A stretch of DNA of 25,515 nt from an uncultured Fibrobacterales bacterium (lineage in GTDB: Bacteria > Fibrobacterota > Fibrobacteria > Fibrobacterales > CAWVXU01), in the NCBI GenBank assembly GCA_963934255.1, contig CAWVXU010000035.1, positions 1-25,515 of the forward strand, given 5' to 3'. The notes below the pieces were generated by a model. It searched no databases. It saw only the letters and a program-made list of their open reading frames with translations, and was not told the origin of the DNA. This document shows positions 1-8,444 of the stretch, piece after piece. The position numbers were made by a program, and so were the translations under genes. Position 1 is the stretch's first letter; the number at the start of each line of letters is the position of its first letter.

Positions 1-97
1 TTAACAGAAAACGTTGAGGAAACCCCTCCGTATTCATTTCACATGAAAAGAAAAAGATCGAGCTAACTATAATCAGCACTCCATTAATGAATTTCAT
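1..97 (-). CDS. 5' end of a predicted lipoprotein gene, running off the left edge of the window
   Basis: Not in the ORF track. Manual translation from ATG at 97 gives MKFINGVLIIVSSIFFFSC-EMNTEGFPQRFLL, open to the edge. It has a basic N-terminus, hydrophobic core and lipobox-like FFSC, with AAGGAAG just upstream as RBS. Confidence 0.7.
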   Translation of the reverse strand, partial: MKFINGVLIIVSSIFFFSCEMNTEGFPQRFLL

Positions 98-143
98 AAA
101 ACTTCCTTACTTTGTCAGATTAAAATAACAAATAGAGAGTGTT

Positions 144-1436
144 ATGAGTCTAAGTATTATGAATCTTAGAAACATTACATTTGGCCTGATTATTACTCTA
201 ATACTGATAATATCATTTCAGATACCAATAATCAATAAATTGCCCATCTACCATGGAGTGTGGAGGTTAGAAACCGACTTTCTCCATGGAAAAAAATCAT
301 GGGTTAGTTTTAAACACCTCGGTTCCAAGTGTAGAGTTATGATTGAATTGGAACTTCCTCATTCAATACCAAGAAACACAATTTTTAGTATAAGATCGAA
401 ACAATTCCTGACAAGAGTATTATTTCACAAAGATCGCTCCCAAACGAGTTATCTACACAAGTTGAATAATTGTCTTCAAGGCTTAACCTGGCTGAAGAGC
501 AAAGAAGTTAAGCTCATTCAAATCAACAAGCCAAGCAGCAGTTGGGGGGACAATATTTTTTTGTTAAGAAAAACTTTGGTCAATTACCTTGATCAACGAG
601 TTGAGAAACCATTTTCTGAATATTTAAAAACTCTCTTTGTAGGTGACAAATCAGGCTTTAGCCAAAATGACAGTGAATTATTTAAGAACTTTGGTCTGCT
701 CTATTTGTTAGCAATAAGTGGTTTTCATGTCCAATTCCTCTATCAAGGTATCAATCGATTTAGTTATCTATTACCTGGGAATCCGTTATCTAAATCTTGC
801 TTGATACTAGTGCCTTTTTTTCTTTATGTTCCCATCTCTGGGTTTGGTCCAGCTGTGATGAGAGCAACCTTGAGTCCAAGTTTAGTCATTGTCTCGCAAT
901 TAACACAAACCAATATAAAGCCTGTTCATTTGTTATTTATGAACGCTTTAATTTGCTTGTGTATTAACCCAAGTTGGATATTTCATCTCGGCTTTCAATT
1001 AAGTTTCCTTGCAACACTCGGAATACAAGAATTGAAATTTATTAACTTCAAACCCAACTCAATTGCCATCGGGGTTAGAGCAACTACAATGACCTTACCC
1101 TTGATATTGCTGTATTTTGAAAAACTTTCAATGGTAGGGTTTGTTGCACAGATATTAGTTGCTCCATGGATCGCCTTAACCATGCTCATTGGAATTAAGT
1201 TTGTCATTTTAGACCTTATCGGAGTATCCTATAAATGGACTCAAATTTATACCTACTTATTCAAAATGACCCACCACTATCAGATCCAATTTTTGAGCTT
1301 ATTGAAACCCTTAAATGAAGCAACCTATATCTTTCCATGGCAAAATGGAGTGTTCTATTTAATCTATTTTACATGGATTATATGGGTTGTATGGAAAATT
1401 AATCTTCCGCAAGTTCCTTGGTATAAAGCTCCTTAG
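144..1436 (+). CDS. comEC: ComEC/Rec2 family competence membrane protein (no C-terminal metallo-beta-lactamase domain)
   Basis: Motifs GLLYLLAISGFHV, GFGPAVMRA and GFQLSFLAT match the Competence domain. Many TM segments. The 3' end overlaps the convergent gene by 38 nt. Confidence 0.85.
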   Translation: MSLSIMNLRNITFGLIITLILIISFQIPIINKLPIYHGVWRLETDFLHGKKSWVSFKHLGSKCRVMIELELPHSIPRNTIFSIRSKQFLTRVLFHKDRSQTSYLHKLNNCLQGLTWLKSKEVKLIQINKPSSSWGDNIFLLRKTLVNYLDQRVEKPFSEYLKTLFVGDKSGFSQNDSELFKNFGLLYLLAISGFHVQFLYQGINRFSYLLPGNPLSKSCLILVPFFLYVPISGFGPAVMRATLSPSLVIVSQLTQTNIKPVHLLFMNALICLCINPSWIFHLGFQLSFLATLGIQELKFINFKPNSIAIGVRATTMTLPLILLYFEKLSMVGFVAQILVAPWIALTMLIGIKFVILDLIGVSYKWTQIYTYLFKMTHHYQIQFLSLLKPLNEATYIFPWQNGVFYLIYFTWIIWVVWKINLPQVPWYKAP

Positions 1437-2529
1437 CGCGGAGTAACCAAAATTTTGCCCATTCCTCACTTTTGTATTCAATGGAAAATTGTTCTAGAAT
1501 ATTACGGGCATCAGCTAATTTGTCATTAAATAAAAACATGGAAGTCAAGTAAGTATACACCATAGCTATTCGAACAGATGAATATTTTTCTTTCTTTTTT
1601 AATATACCGTCAAGCCAAGCCATGGCTGTGCTTAGGTGGTTCTCAATTAAACTAGAATCTGTCGAAAATTTACAAACCATAAAGCACGAAACTGAAATAT
1701 TAAAAGCATCCATATGGTTTCGATCTTTAGCAATACTTCGTTCTGTCATATCATTTAGCATCCATGAAATCATTGAAGCAGTCCGCTCTCTTGGGAGACC
1801 CCAAAAAGTAGACTTGTACACTTCTTCATGAAACTCTGTAACACTTTTACGCTGGGAGATTTTTTTCCCAACTCGTTCAAGGCAATCTTCACTTAATTTA
1901 GAAGGAATCAAGCCTTCTTCTACTTTTAGGTGAAAAAAGTCTAGTCGACTTGAAGCAAATAAACATTTAGAACAAACAGAAACATTATACGCATCCCAAT
2001 CAAGCCTATTCCCTTCATCTTCATAAGCATAGTATGGAGTGATTGATTTTTCCGTCCACTTCAGACGATGACGCTTTTTATCTAGAATAAAACCTTTGAC
2101 TCCTTCGTTTCCACAGACTGGACAAGTCAAATTCAAATGCCGAATGGGTCCTTTGCCCTGAGATAGCCTAAAATAACTTTGATATTCATCTTTCGTCATA
2201 TCGTGAAAACCGATTTCAAAATCCTCTAGACTTTCATACATCTTAAAGGGTTCGGTATCATTTTGAATTAACCCTCTAATCTCTTCAGTACCCGCAAAGA
2301 AAACCATAAGGCGATTCTCTTTGACTAGTGCTTTGCGCAAATTGGATAAAAAACGGAGACCGGTGACATCAATAGATGTCATTTTAGATAGGTCAATTGC
2401 CACATCTAAGGAGGTGTCTTTGAGATCATCTGCGATAATGGTTCTGATTTGGACGACAGTTGTAGCACCAAATTGATCCATTGGGCTATAGCTCACAAAT
2501 GGTCCGCGTATTTTTCTGTCATACTTCAT
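1399..2529 (-). CDS. STAS-domain + Zn-ribbon/DUF2225-like helical protein
   Basis: N-terminal VAIDLSKMTSIDVTGLRFL resembles the STAS core. It is followed by LTCPVCG ... VSVCSKCLFAS (two CxxC) and a helical, TPR-like C-terminus. Confidence 0.6.
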   Translation of the reverse strand: MKYDRKIRGPFVSYSPMDQFGATTVVQIRTIIADDLKDTSLDVAIDLSKMTSIDVTGLRFLSNLRKALVKENRLMVFFAGTEEIRGLIQNDTEPFKMYESLEDFEIGFHDMTKDEYQSYFRLSQGKGPIRHLNLTCPVCGNEGVKGFILDKKRHRLKWTEKSITPYYAYEDEGNRLDWDAYNVSVCSKCLFASSRLDFFHLKVEEGLIPSKLSEDCLERVGKKISQRKSVTEFHEEVYKSTFWGLPRERTASMISWMLNDMTERSIAKDRNHMDAFNISVSCFMVCKFSTDSSLIENHLSTAMAWLDGILKKKEKYSSVRIAMVYTYLTSMFLFNDKLADARNILEQFSIEYKSEEWAKFWLLRAKELYTKELAED

Positions 2530-2567
2530 ATAATCGATTATAGAGTAATTTAAGTCAAAAGGCTCAT

Positions 2568-3395
2568 TTATTTTAAGAAACTCAAAGCTTTTTGATGCAA
2601 TTCTCTATTTGAAGCAATTGCCGTCTTAGAATCTGAGGTTAATTCACTCTTTCCATCCAAAATTTCTTTTAAAATTGAATTACCACCGCCGAGGTCACTA
2701 TACTCACCACCCGCCTCTGTCATGATAACAGGAAGTGGTGCCACATCCCAAACAGACACAATCGGATCAATCATAATCTCCGCATTGCCAGTAGCCACTT
2801 GGTAATACCCATAACAATCACCCCAGCCACGATATAACCACGATTCGTGGCGTAATTTTTTAAAACCCGCATCAAGATTAAATTCCTCCATGGTATTAAT
2901 GGTACCTGAAAGTGTAGTAGCTTCTTTCAAATTTTTGATATTTGATACAAAAGATTGTCGACCATCCACCCATGCACCCTTGCCCTGCTCAGCAGATAAT
3001 GTTGAATTAAGTGCAGGTAAATCAATAATTCCAAGCACAGGGGTATCTTTGTGGTAGAGAGCTAAAAGTGTTCCAAATAAAGGAACATTTTTCATAAATG
3101 ACTTAGTGCCATCTATCGGATCAATGATCCAATTCCAATCCTGTGACATACGGTCAACGCCAAACTCCTCACCGATGAGTCCGAAATCAGGGGTTTGTTT
3201 AGCTAAAAATTCACGTAGAGCCTCTTCTGCCTTTTGATCTGCTATGGTAAAGGGGGTTCCATCTTCTTTCCAATTCGCGTCAATCGGCTTTCCATAATAA
3301 TCTAAGATAACTTTTCTTGAGTGTTTGATTGCTTCTAGAGCGATGTCCATCTTGTCACTAATGATTTGTTTGTCAAAGATTTTAATGTCATTCAT
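2568..3395 (-). CDS. hisN: Histidinol-phosphate phosphatase, inositol monophosphatase family
   Basis: IMPase motifs IGEEFG, WIIDPIDGTKSF, WGDCYGY and WDVAPL. The likely start ATG at 3395 overlaps the hisC stop (ATGA coupling), rather than 3428. Confidence 0.85.
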   Translation of the reverse strand: MNDIKIFDKQIISDKMDIALEAIKHSRKVILDYYGKPIDANWKEDGTPFTIADQKAEEALREFLAKQTPDFGLIGEEFGVDRMSQDWNWIIDPIDGTKSFMKNVPLFGTLLALYHKDTPVLGIIDLPALNSTLSAEQGKGAWVDGRQSFVSNIKNLKEATTLSGTINTMEEFNLDAGFKKLRHESWLYRGWGDCYGYYQVATGNAEIMIDPIVSVWDVAPLPVIMTEAGGEYSDLGGGNSILKEILDGKSELTSDSKTAIASNRELHQKALSFLK

Positions 3396-4483
3396 TTTGA
3401 GGCCCATTCTTGGGTTAATTTCATCCACAAATTCAATTCTTCTTCAGTACCAATAGTGAGCCTTACCCACTCATCTAGGTGAAAGCTTGCTAGAGAGCGA
3501 ATGATCATGCCCTGAGACTCAAGCTTTTTAACATAATCAACAGCCTTGTTGCCTAAATTAAAAGCAATAAAATTGCCCTGAGTTTCTAGGAATTCCCAAC
3601 CCATTTTGACTAAAAAGCTTTGAACTCGACTCAGGCCTTCACTATTTACTTGTAAACTAGAAGCAATGTGATCAATATCAGTTAATGCAGCTTCTGCTGC
3701 AATTTGCGCCAAGCGATTAACATTAAATGGTTGTTTGACTTTATTAATTTGGGAAATTACCTGAGAGTTTGAAATAGCATATCCAACCCTTAGGCCGGCG
3801 AGTCCATAGAGCTTTGAGAATGTTCTTAGGATGATTAAATTTTGACGAATACTGAGTTCCGCTAGTAATTTAGGGAATGTTGAGTCAATTGCGTACTCAG
3901 CATATGCTTCATCGACTACCACCATTACATGAGCGGGCACTTGGTCTAAAAAATTGATTATATCTTGATGATTACGCCAAGTTCCAGTAGGATTATTGGG
4001 GTTACAGATAAAGACTAGCTTGGTATTTGGAGTAATAGCCTGGAGCATCGCATCTAAATCATAGCACCAATTCTTTAATGGAACCGTCTCATAGATGCCA
4101 CCGCAGACGAGTGTAGAAAATTTATATTCACTAAAGGTATGCTCGCTACAAAGTGTTACTTCACCAGGTTCCAAATAAGTATTGCAGACCATTTGAACCA
4201 TTTCATCAGATCCATTTGAAAATATCAACTGATTTGAGTCTATTTGGAGCTTCAATGATAATGCGTCTCTGAGCTCAGGTGAATTTCCTTGGGGGTATTG
4301 GAATAATTGGGAAATATGCACGCCAATAGCTTCCTGTGACTTGACCGGCACTCCTAATGGGTTTTCATTAGAGGCGAGTTTTACAATTTTATCTAGCTTG
4401 TATTGGGCTTTAACTTCCTGAATAGATTTACCAGGAACATAATCTTTTAACTTTTGTAATGATTCTCTTGCTTGAACACTCAA
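3392..4483 (-). CDS. hisC: Histidinol-phosphate aminotransferase
   Basis: KLASNENPLG, NGSDE, CNPNNPTG, VDEAYAEY and PLP-lysine motif RTFSKLYGLAGLRVGY. TTG start preceded by AGGAG. Confidence 0.95.
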   Translation of the reverse strand: MSVQARESLQKLKDYVPGKSIQEVKAQYKLDKIVKLASNENPLGVPVKSQEAIGVHISQLFQYPQGNSPELRDALSLKLQIDSNQLIFSNGSDEMVQMVCNTYLEPGEVTLCSEHTFSEYKFSTLVCGGIYETVPLKNWCYDLDAMLQAITPNTKLVFICNPNNPTGTWRNHQDIINFLDQVPAHVMVVVDEAYAEYAIDSTFPKLLAELSIRQNLIILRTFSKLYGLAGLRVGYAISNSQVISQINKVKQPFNVNRLAQIAAEAALTDIDHIASSLQVNSEGLSRVQSFLVKMGWEFLETQGNFIAFNLGNKAVDYVKKLESQGMIIRSLASFHLDEWVRLTIGTEEELNLWMKLTQEWASK

Positions 4484-4498
4484 ATGTGGACTCCTTTT

Positions 4499-4514
4499 TT
4501 TCTAAATTTAGAAA
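4499..4514. promoter_or_regulatory. Perfect 16-bp palindrome TTTCTAAATTTAGAAA in the divergent hisC / OM-protein intergenic region
   Basis: Read directly from the sequence. The core CTAAATTTAG recurs at 15306-15315. Function is inferred. Confidence 0.4.
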
Positions 4515-4538
4515 TATCCCTTTCGGAGGTAGTGAACT

Positions 4539-5252
4539 TTGTTGAATAGATTTATGTTTCTTATTGCTTTTTTGATGGTTGAAGCCTGGACTTTAAACCC
4601 GCTTCACCATGCCCAGTATTCATTTTATCCAAAACCATTTCGGAAAAACACTTCAGAAATACAGCTCGGTGCGCGCTCAACTCTTGATCGAGTTGACGCA
4701 GAAGTCCCTTTAGCCTTAATATATGGGCTGGGAAACTCAACTGAAATTGGTCTTAAGTACCAATTTTCAAATAGGGATCAAGATTTTGATAAAAATCAAT
4801 TAAAAAACTCTTTGGGTTTCGGGCTCAAAGTGGCTATTTCTAAAATTGAAACGATTCAAATGGATGTTCAGGTGGGCCTGGGTCAAAATGCTGGAAATGG
4901 TGTGGTTGTAGGTTATGATATTTATCACGCACTGACCAAATCATTTCAAACGATCTATCAAAGCAAGGTTTCACTTTTTGAAGGGCATAATGGCAGCAAG
5001 GAGATTGCCTTGGTTGAATTTGGACTCTATCCTCGAGTTCGTTTCGGAAATTCATTTCATGTTATATCTGGCCTGAGTTATTCAACTAGTATTACCTCCA
5101 TGGTTGACTATTCAGCATTTGATATCAGCCCGGGATTTGAAATTCGTCTAAATAATGGATCTAAACTTCAATTCTTGGTTGATATGGGAATCGCTGGCGC
5201 ATCTAAACAAGAACCCTTTCTATTTAATTTAGGCTTAATATATGACTTCTAA
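4539..5252 (+). CDS. Hypothetical exported protein, probable outer-membrane beta-barrel
   Basis: TTG start after GGAGGT. Signal peptide (MLNRFMFLIAFLMVEA), alternating amphipathic beta-strands and C-terminal FNLGLIYDF ending in Phe. Overlaps the queC start. Confidence 0.6.
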   Translation: MLNRFMFLIAFLMVEAWTLNPLHHAQYSFYPKPFRKNTSEIQLGARSTLDRVDAEVPLALIYGLGNSTEIGLKYQFSNRDQDFDKNQLKNSLGFGLKVAISKIETIQMDVQVGLGQNAGNGVVVGYDIYHALTKSFQTIYQSKVSLFEGHNGSKEIALVEFGLYPRVRFGNSFHVISGLSYSTSITSMVDYSAFDISPGFEIRLNNGSKLQFLVDMGIAGASKQEPFLFNLGLIYDF

Positions 5253-5922
5253 AACACAAAACAGAAGGGCGCTAGTTGTCTTTTCTGGTGGTCAAGATTC
5301 CACTACTTGTCTGTTTTGGGCAAGAGAGAAATTTGACGAAGTGGAGTGTGTTTTTTTTCATTATGGACAAAGACATGGGGTTGAATATCAAGCGGCTTTA
5401 GAAATCGCCAAGAGATACGATTTCAAACTCAGTGAGCTTCACATTGACACTTTTAGCGAGATTGGCGGCAACGCTTTAGTGGATCATGGTGAGGAGATTG
5501 TTATTGAAGGTAGAGGAGGCCTGCCTTCAACTTTTGTTCCTGGACGTAATTTAATTTTCATGACCTATGCTGCAGCTTTTGCCTGGAAAAAAGACATCCC
5601 ACATTTAGTGACTGGAGTTTGTCAGACAGACTTTTCGGGCTATCCTGATTGCCGTGAAGACACGATGCGCGCCGTTGAGTCATCGATTAGACTCGGAATG
5701 GACTATCCATTTGAACTTCACACTCCACTGATGTACTTGACTAAAGCACAAACAGTTGAGCTTGCTATTCAAACTCAAGGTCTTGAAGCACAAGCATTTT
5801 CACACACCTGCTATGAAGGTCAAATTCCACCTTGTGGGGTATGCCCTTCTTGCGAGCTTCGGGCCAAGGGTTTTGATGAAGCAGGAGTCTTAGATCCTTT
5901 GGTCGCTAGAACGACTGATTAA
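5242..5922 (+). CDS. queC: 7-cyano-7-deazaguanine (preQ0) synthase
   Basis: PP-loop VVFSGGQDSTTC, FHYGQRH, TFVPGRN, SGYPDCR and Zn site TCYEG-x4-CGVCPSCELR. Confidence 0.95.
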   Translation: MTSKTQNRRALVVFSGGQDSTTCLFWAREKFDEVECVFFHYGQRHGVEYQAALEIAKRYDFKLSELHIDTFSEIGGNALVDHGEEIVIEGRGGLPSTFVPGRNLIFMTYAAAFAWKKDIPHLVTGVCQTDFSGYPDCREDTMRAVESSIRLGMDYPFELHTPLMYLTKAQTVELAIQTQGLEAQAFSHTCYEGQIPPCGVCPSCELRAKGFDEAGVLDPLVARTTD

Positions 5923-5926
5923 ATAA

Positions 5927-7162
5927 ATGATTGAACAGACAGATTCAAGTATAGACTCCCCAAGGAATTTGAATTCAGAAGAAACCCTTACTACGCATAA
6001 TAAAAGTGCCTGGGTGTTTTCCGGAATCATGATGTTTTTGACATTTGGGGGATTATCAGTTGTTCAATATAGCACTCTCCTTTTCGAACATGATTTAAAC
6101 TTTTCTAAGGCTTGGATCGGTACTCTTTTGATGTGCTCGAGCTTAATGTCAATTGCTCTTCCCTTTCTACTTCAGATTATTGGTAAATGGGTTAAAAATC
6201 CCAATATCATTTTAACCGTATTATTATTTATCGCTTCCATAAGTGTTGCTATACTCCCCTTTGCTTCAAACCCATGGGTCGCTCTTTTAGTCTATTGTAT
6301 TTTGGGACTTGCTAAATTTGGTACTTCAAATATGCAAATTACCAACGCCCTAAGTATTACCAAATCAAAGGGGCATTCTTCCTTCTTGATGATGCGGTCA
6401 ATTGGGACCTTGGGGTTTGCTGTATTTTGCCTTGTTTCGATGATATTATCTGATTATTTAAAGCTACCCCAAATGTATTGGTTATTTGCTGGTGCGTACT
6501 TTTTGGGAGGAATTGCTTCTCTATTTAATCAATCAGTCATACCTAAACAAAAAGAATTAGTGCCTTTAAAGACAGTTTGGAACTGGTTTAAAAAAGGACC
6601 TACCTTAACCCTACTTGTTTTGATTTCGCTTTCGAATCTTACTGCGTTTATCGGCGCTAGTTTTCTAGGTAACTTTGTCATCAATGAGATGGGTGGAACT
6701 CATAAAGAAGTTTCTATTGCGTGGTCAATTGCCACCTTTCTTGAGCTTCCATTTTTCGCAATTTGTATCTGGATATTAAAAAGGTTTGGATTAAAAAAGC
6801 TTATTCTATTTGGGCTTGTCACCAATGCCCTCAGGTTATTACTCACAGCCTATTCAAATGAGCTCTGGAGTTTTTATGCTGCTCAATCCTTACATGGGAT
6901 ATTTTATGCAGCCACTCTTTCGGGCTTCAGCATCTACCTCAATCAGAGATACAAATCCGACCAAATACACCATTTACAGCTCTTCTCTAGCTTTATTTAT
7001 GCAGGCTTTGGTTCCTCCATCGCCGGAAAATTGGGCGCATTTATTTGGGATTATTCAGATCTTAGATTTACATATTTCTCCATGGGTATTTTAGCTATTT
7101 TTGTAAGTACCTATTTTTTATTCATCAAACTTGACGAGCCTGAACCATCGTCTTCGTTCTGA
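5927..7162 (+). CDS. MFS transporter (nucleoside:H+ symporter / LacY-like MFS_1 type)
   Basis: About 12 hydrophobic segments in two halves. Motifs RSIGTLGF, LELPFF, RFGLKKL and AQSLHG are typical of this MFS branch. Confidence 0.75.
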   Translation: MIEQTDSSIDSPRNLNSEETLTTHNKSAWVFSGIMMFLTFGGLSVVQYSTLLFEHDLNFSKAWIGTLLMCSSLMSIALPFLLQIIGKWVKNPNIILTVLLFIASISVAILPFASNPWVALLVYCILGLAKFGTSNMQITNALSITKSKGHSSFLMMRSIGTLGFAVFCLVSMILSDYLKLPQMYWLFAGAYFLGGIASLFNQSVIPKQKELVPLKTVWNWFKKGPTLTLLVLISLSNLTAFIGASFLGNFVINEMGGTHKEVSIAWSIATFLELPFFAICIWILKRFGLKKLILFGLVTNALRLLLTAYSNELWSFYAAQSLHGIFYAATLSGFSIYLNQRYKSDQIHHLQLFSSFIYAGFGSSIAGKLGAFIWDYSDLRFTYFSMGILAIFVSTYFLFIKLDEPEPSSSF

Positions 7163-7174
7163 AAGGGTTTTAAT

Positions 7175-8428
7175 ATGATTACAGTTTCTTTTATCAATTC
7201 TGCTTACCAAGTTTTAAAAAATGTAGTGCGGAGAACTCCACTTGAACACAATCAAGAATGGTCCGATAAACTAGGATTTGACCTATGGATGAAACGAGAA
7301 GATCAACAACTGACTCGTTCATATAAAATCCGAGGCGCCTATTACTTTATCTCTGAAGTCGCTTCTAAGAATCCTGATGTCAAAGTCGTCTGTGCAAGTG
7401 CTGGTAATCATGCTCAAGGTCTCGCATGGTCTTGCTCTAAACTAGGAGTTCATGGCACCATTTTTATGCCTAAAACAACTCCTAAACAAAAATTAAACCG
7501 TACCGCCAAATTAGGTGGAGATTGGGTAAAAATTGTCCTCTTTGGTGATACTTTTGATGATGCTTATTCTGCAGCTTTAGAATATGAGAAATCTACTCAA
7601 GCTCAATTTATTCATCCTTTTGACCATGAAAAAATCATATCTGGTCAAGGTACTGTTGGGTTGGAAATCCTGGAACAATTTGAATCTGCTACGGGAAAAC
7701 TCCCTGATGTTATTTTGGTACCTATTGGAGGCGGCGGACTTTCAAGCGGGATTATCGTTTGGGTTAAAGAGCATAGCCCCCAGACCGTAATTATTGGAGT
7801 AGAGCCCCAAGGTGCTGCAGCGATGAAACTCAGTCTTGAAAATGGAACTATCAGCTCACTAAGCTCAATGGATACATTTGTGGATGGTGCAGCAGTCAAA
7901 ACTCCAGGGTCCCTTAATTTTGAAATAATAGAAAATGGAATTGAAAAAATAATTACCACTGCTGAAGGACAAATCTGTACAACGATTCTTGAAATATATA
8001 ATGACGCAGCAATTGTTTTAGAACCAGCAGGTGCTTTAACTTTATCTGCACTTCGAGATATAAAACATGAGCTAAAAGGCAAGTCTGTTGTCTGTATCTT
8101 ATCAGGTGGAAATAACGACATTAACCGTATGGCCGAAATTCAAGAACGCTCTCTTTTGTATGAAGGCCTCAAACATTATTTTATTATACGCTTTGCTCAG
8201 AGGCCTGGTGCTTTAAGGGATTTCCTAGATAAGATATTAGGCCCTCATGATGATATCACTCGCTTTGAATATGTGAAAAAAACCAAGCGAGAAGGTGCGC
8301 CAGCTCTAGTAGGAATTGAAGTTCATGAAGCCAAAGACTTTATTGCTCTGCAGCAACGAATGGATGAAGCTGGAATGGATTATACTTTGATTAATGAATA
8401 TCCAACTTTGTTTGAACTCTTAGTTTAA
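7175..8428 (+). CDS. ilvA: Biosynthetic threonine dehydratase, short form
   Basis: KREDQQLTRSYKIRGA (PLP Lys), ASAGNHAQG, PIGGGGL, LEPAGAL, SGGNND and a single C-terminal regulatory domain FAQRPGALRDFL. Confidence 0.95.
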   Translation: MITVSFINSAYQVLKNVVRRTPLEHNQEWSDKLGFDLWMKREDQQLTRSYKIRGAYYFISEVASKNPDVKVVCASAGNHAQGLAWSCSKLGVHGTIFMPKTTPKQKLNRTAKLGGDWVKIVLFGDTFDDAYSAALEYEKSTQAQFIHPFDHEKIISGQGTVGLEILEQFESATGKLPDVILVPIGGGGLSSGIIVWVKEHSPQTVIIGVEPQGAAAMKLSLENGTISSLSSMDTFVDGAAVKTPGSLNFEIIENGIEKIITTAEGQICTTILEIYNDAAIVLEPAGALTLSALRDIKHELKGKSVVCILSGGNNDINRMAEIQERSLLYEGLKHYFIIRFAQRPGALRDFLDKILGPHDDITRFEYVKKTKREGAPALVGIEVHEAKDFIALQQRMDEAGMDYTLINEYPTLFELLV

Positions 8429-8444
8429 AACTAAGGGTTGGATA

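Noticed and set aside
5150..5242. preQ1 riboswitch ahead of queC
   Set aside because: There is no intergenic space, because the upstream gene overlaps queC, and no recognisable aptamer.
5242..5922. queC as part of a Dpd DNA-modification or QatABCD anti-phage system
   Set aside because: It is a canonical-length QueC with no dpdA/tgt-like, ATPase or TatD neighbours.
7645..8121. 158-aa antisense ORF and the other short overlapping ORFs in the track (e.g. 13353-13682, 21430-21768, 25133-25366)
   Set aside because: They are shadows of well-supported genes on the opposite strand or in another frame, with no motifs.
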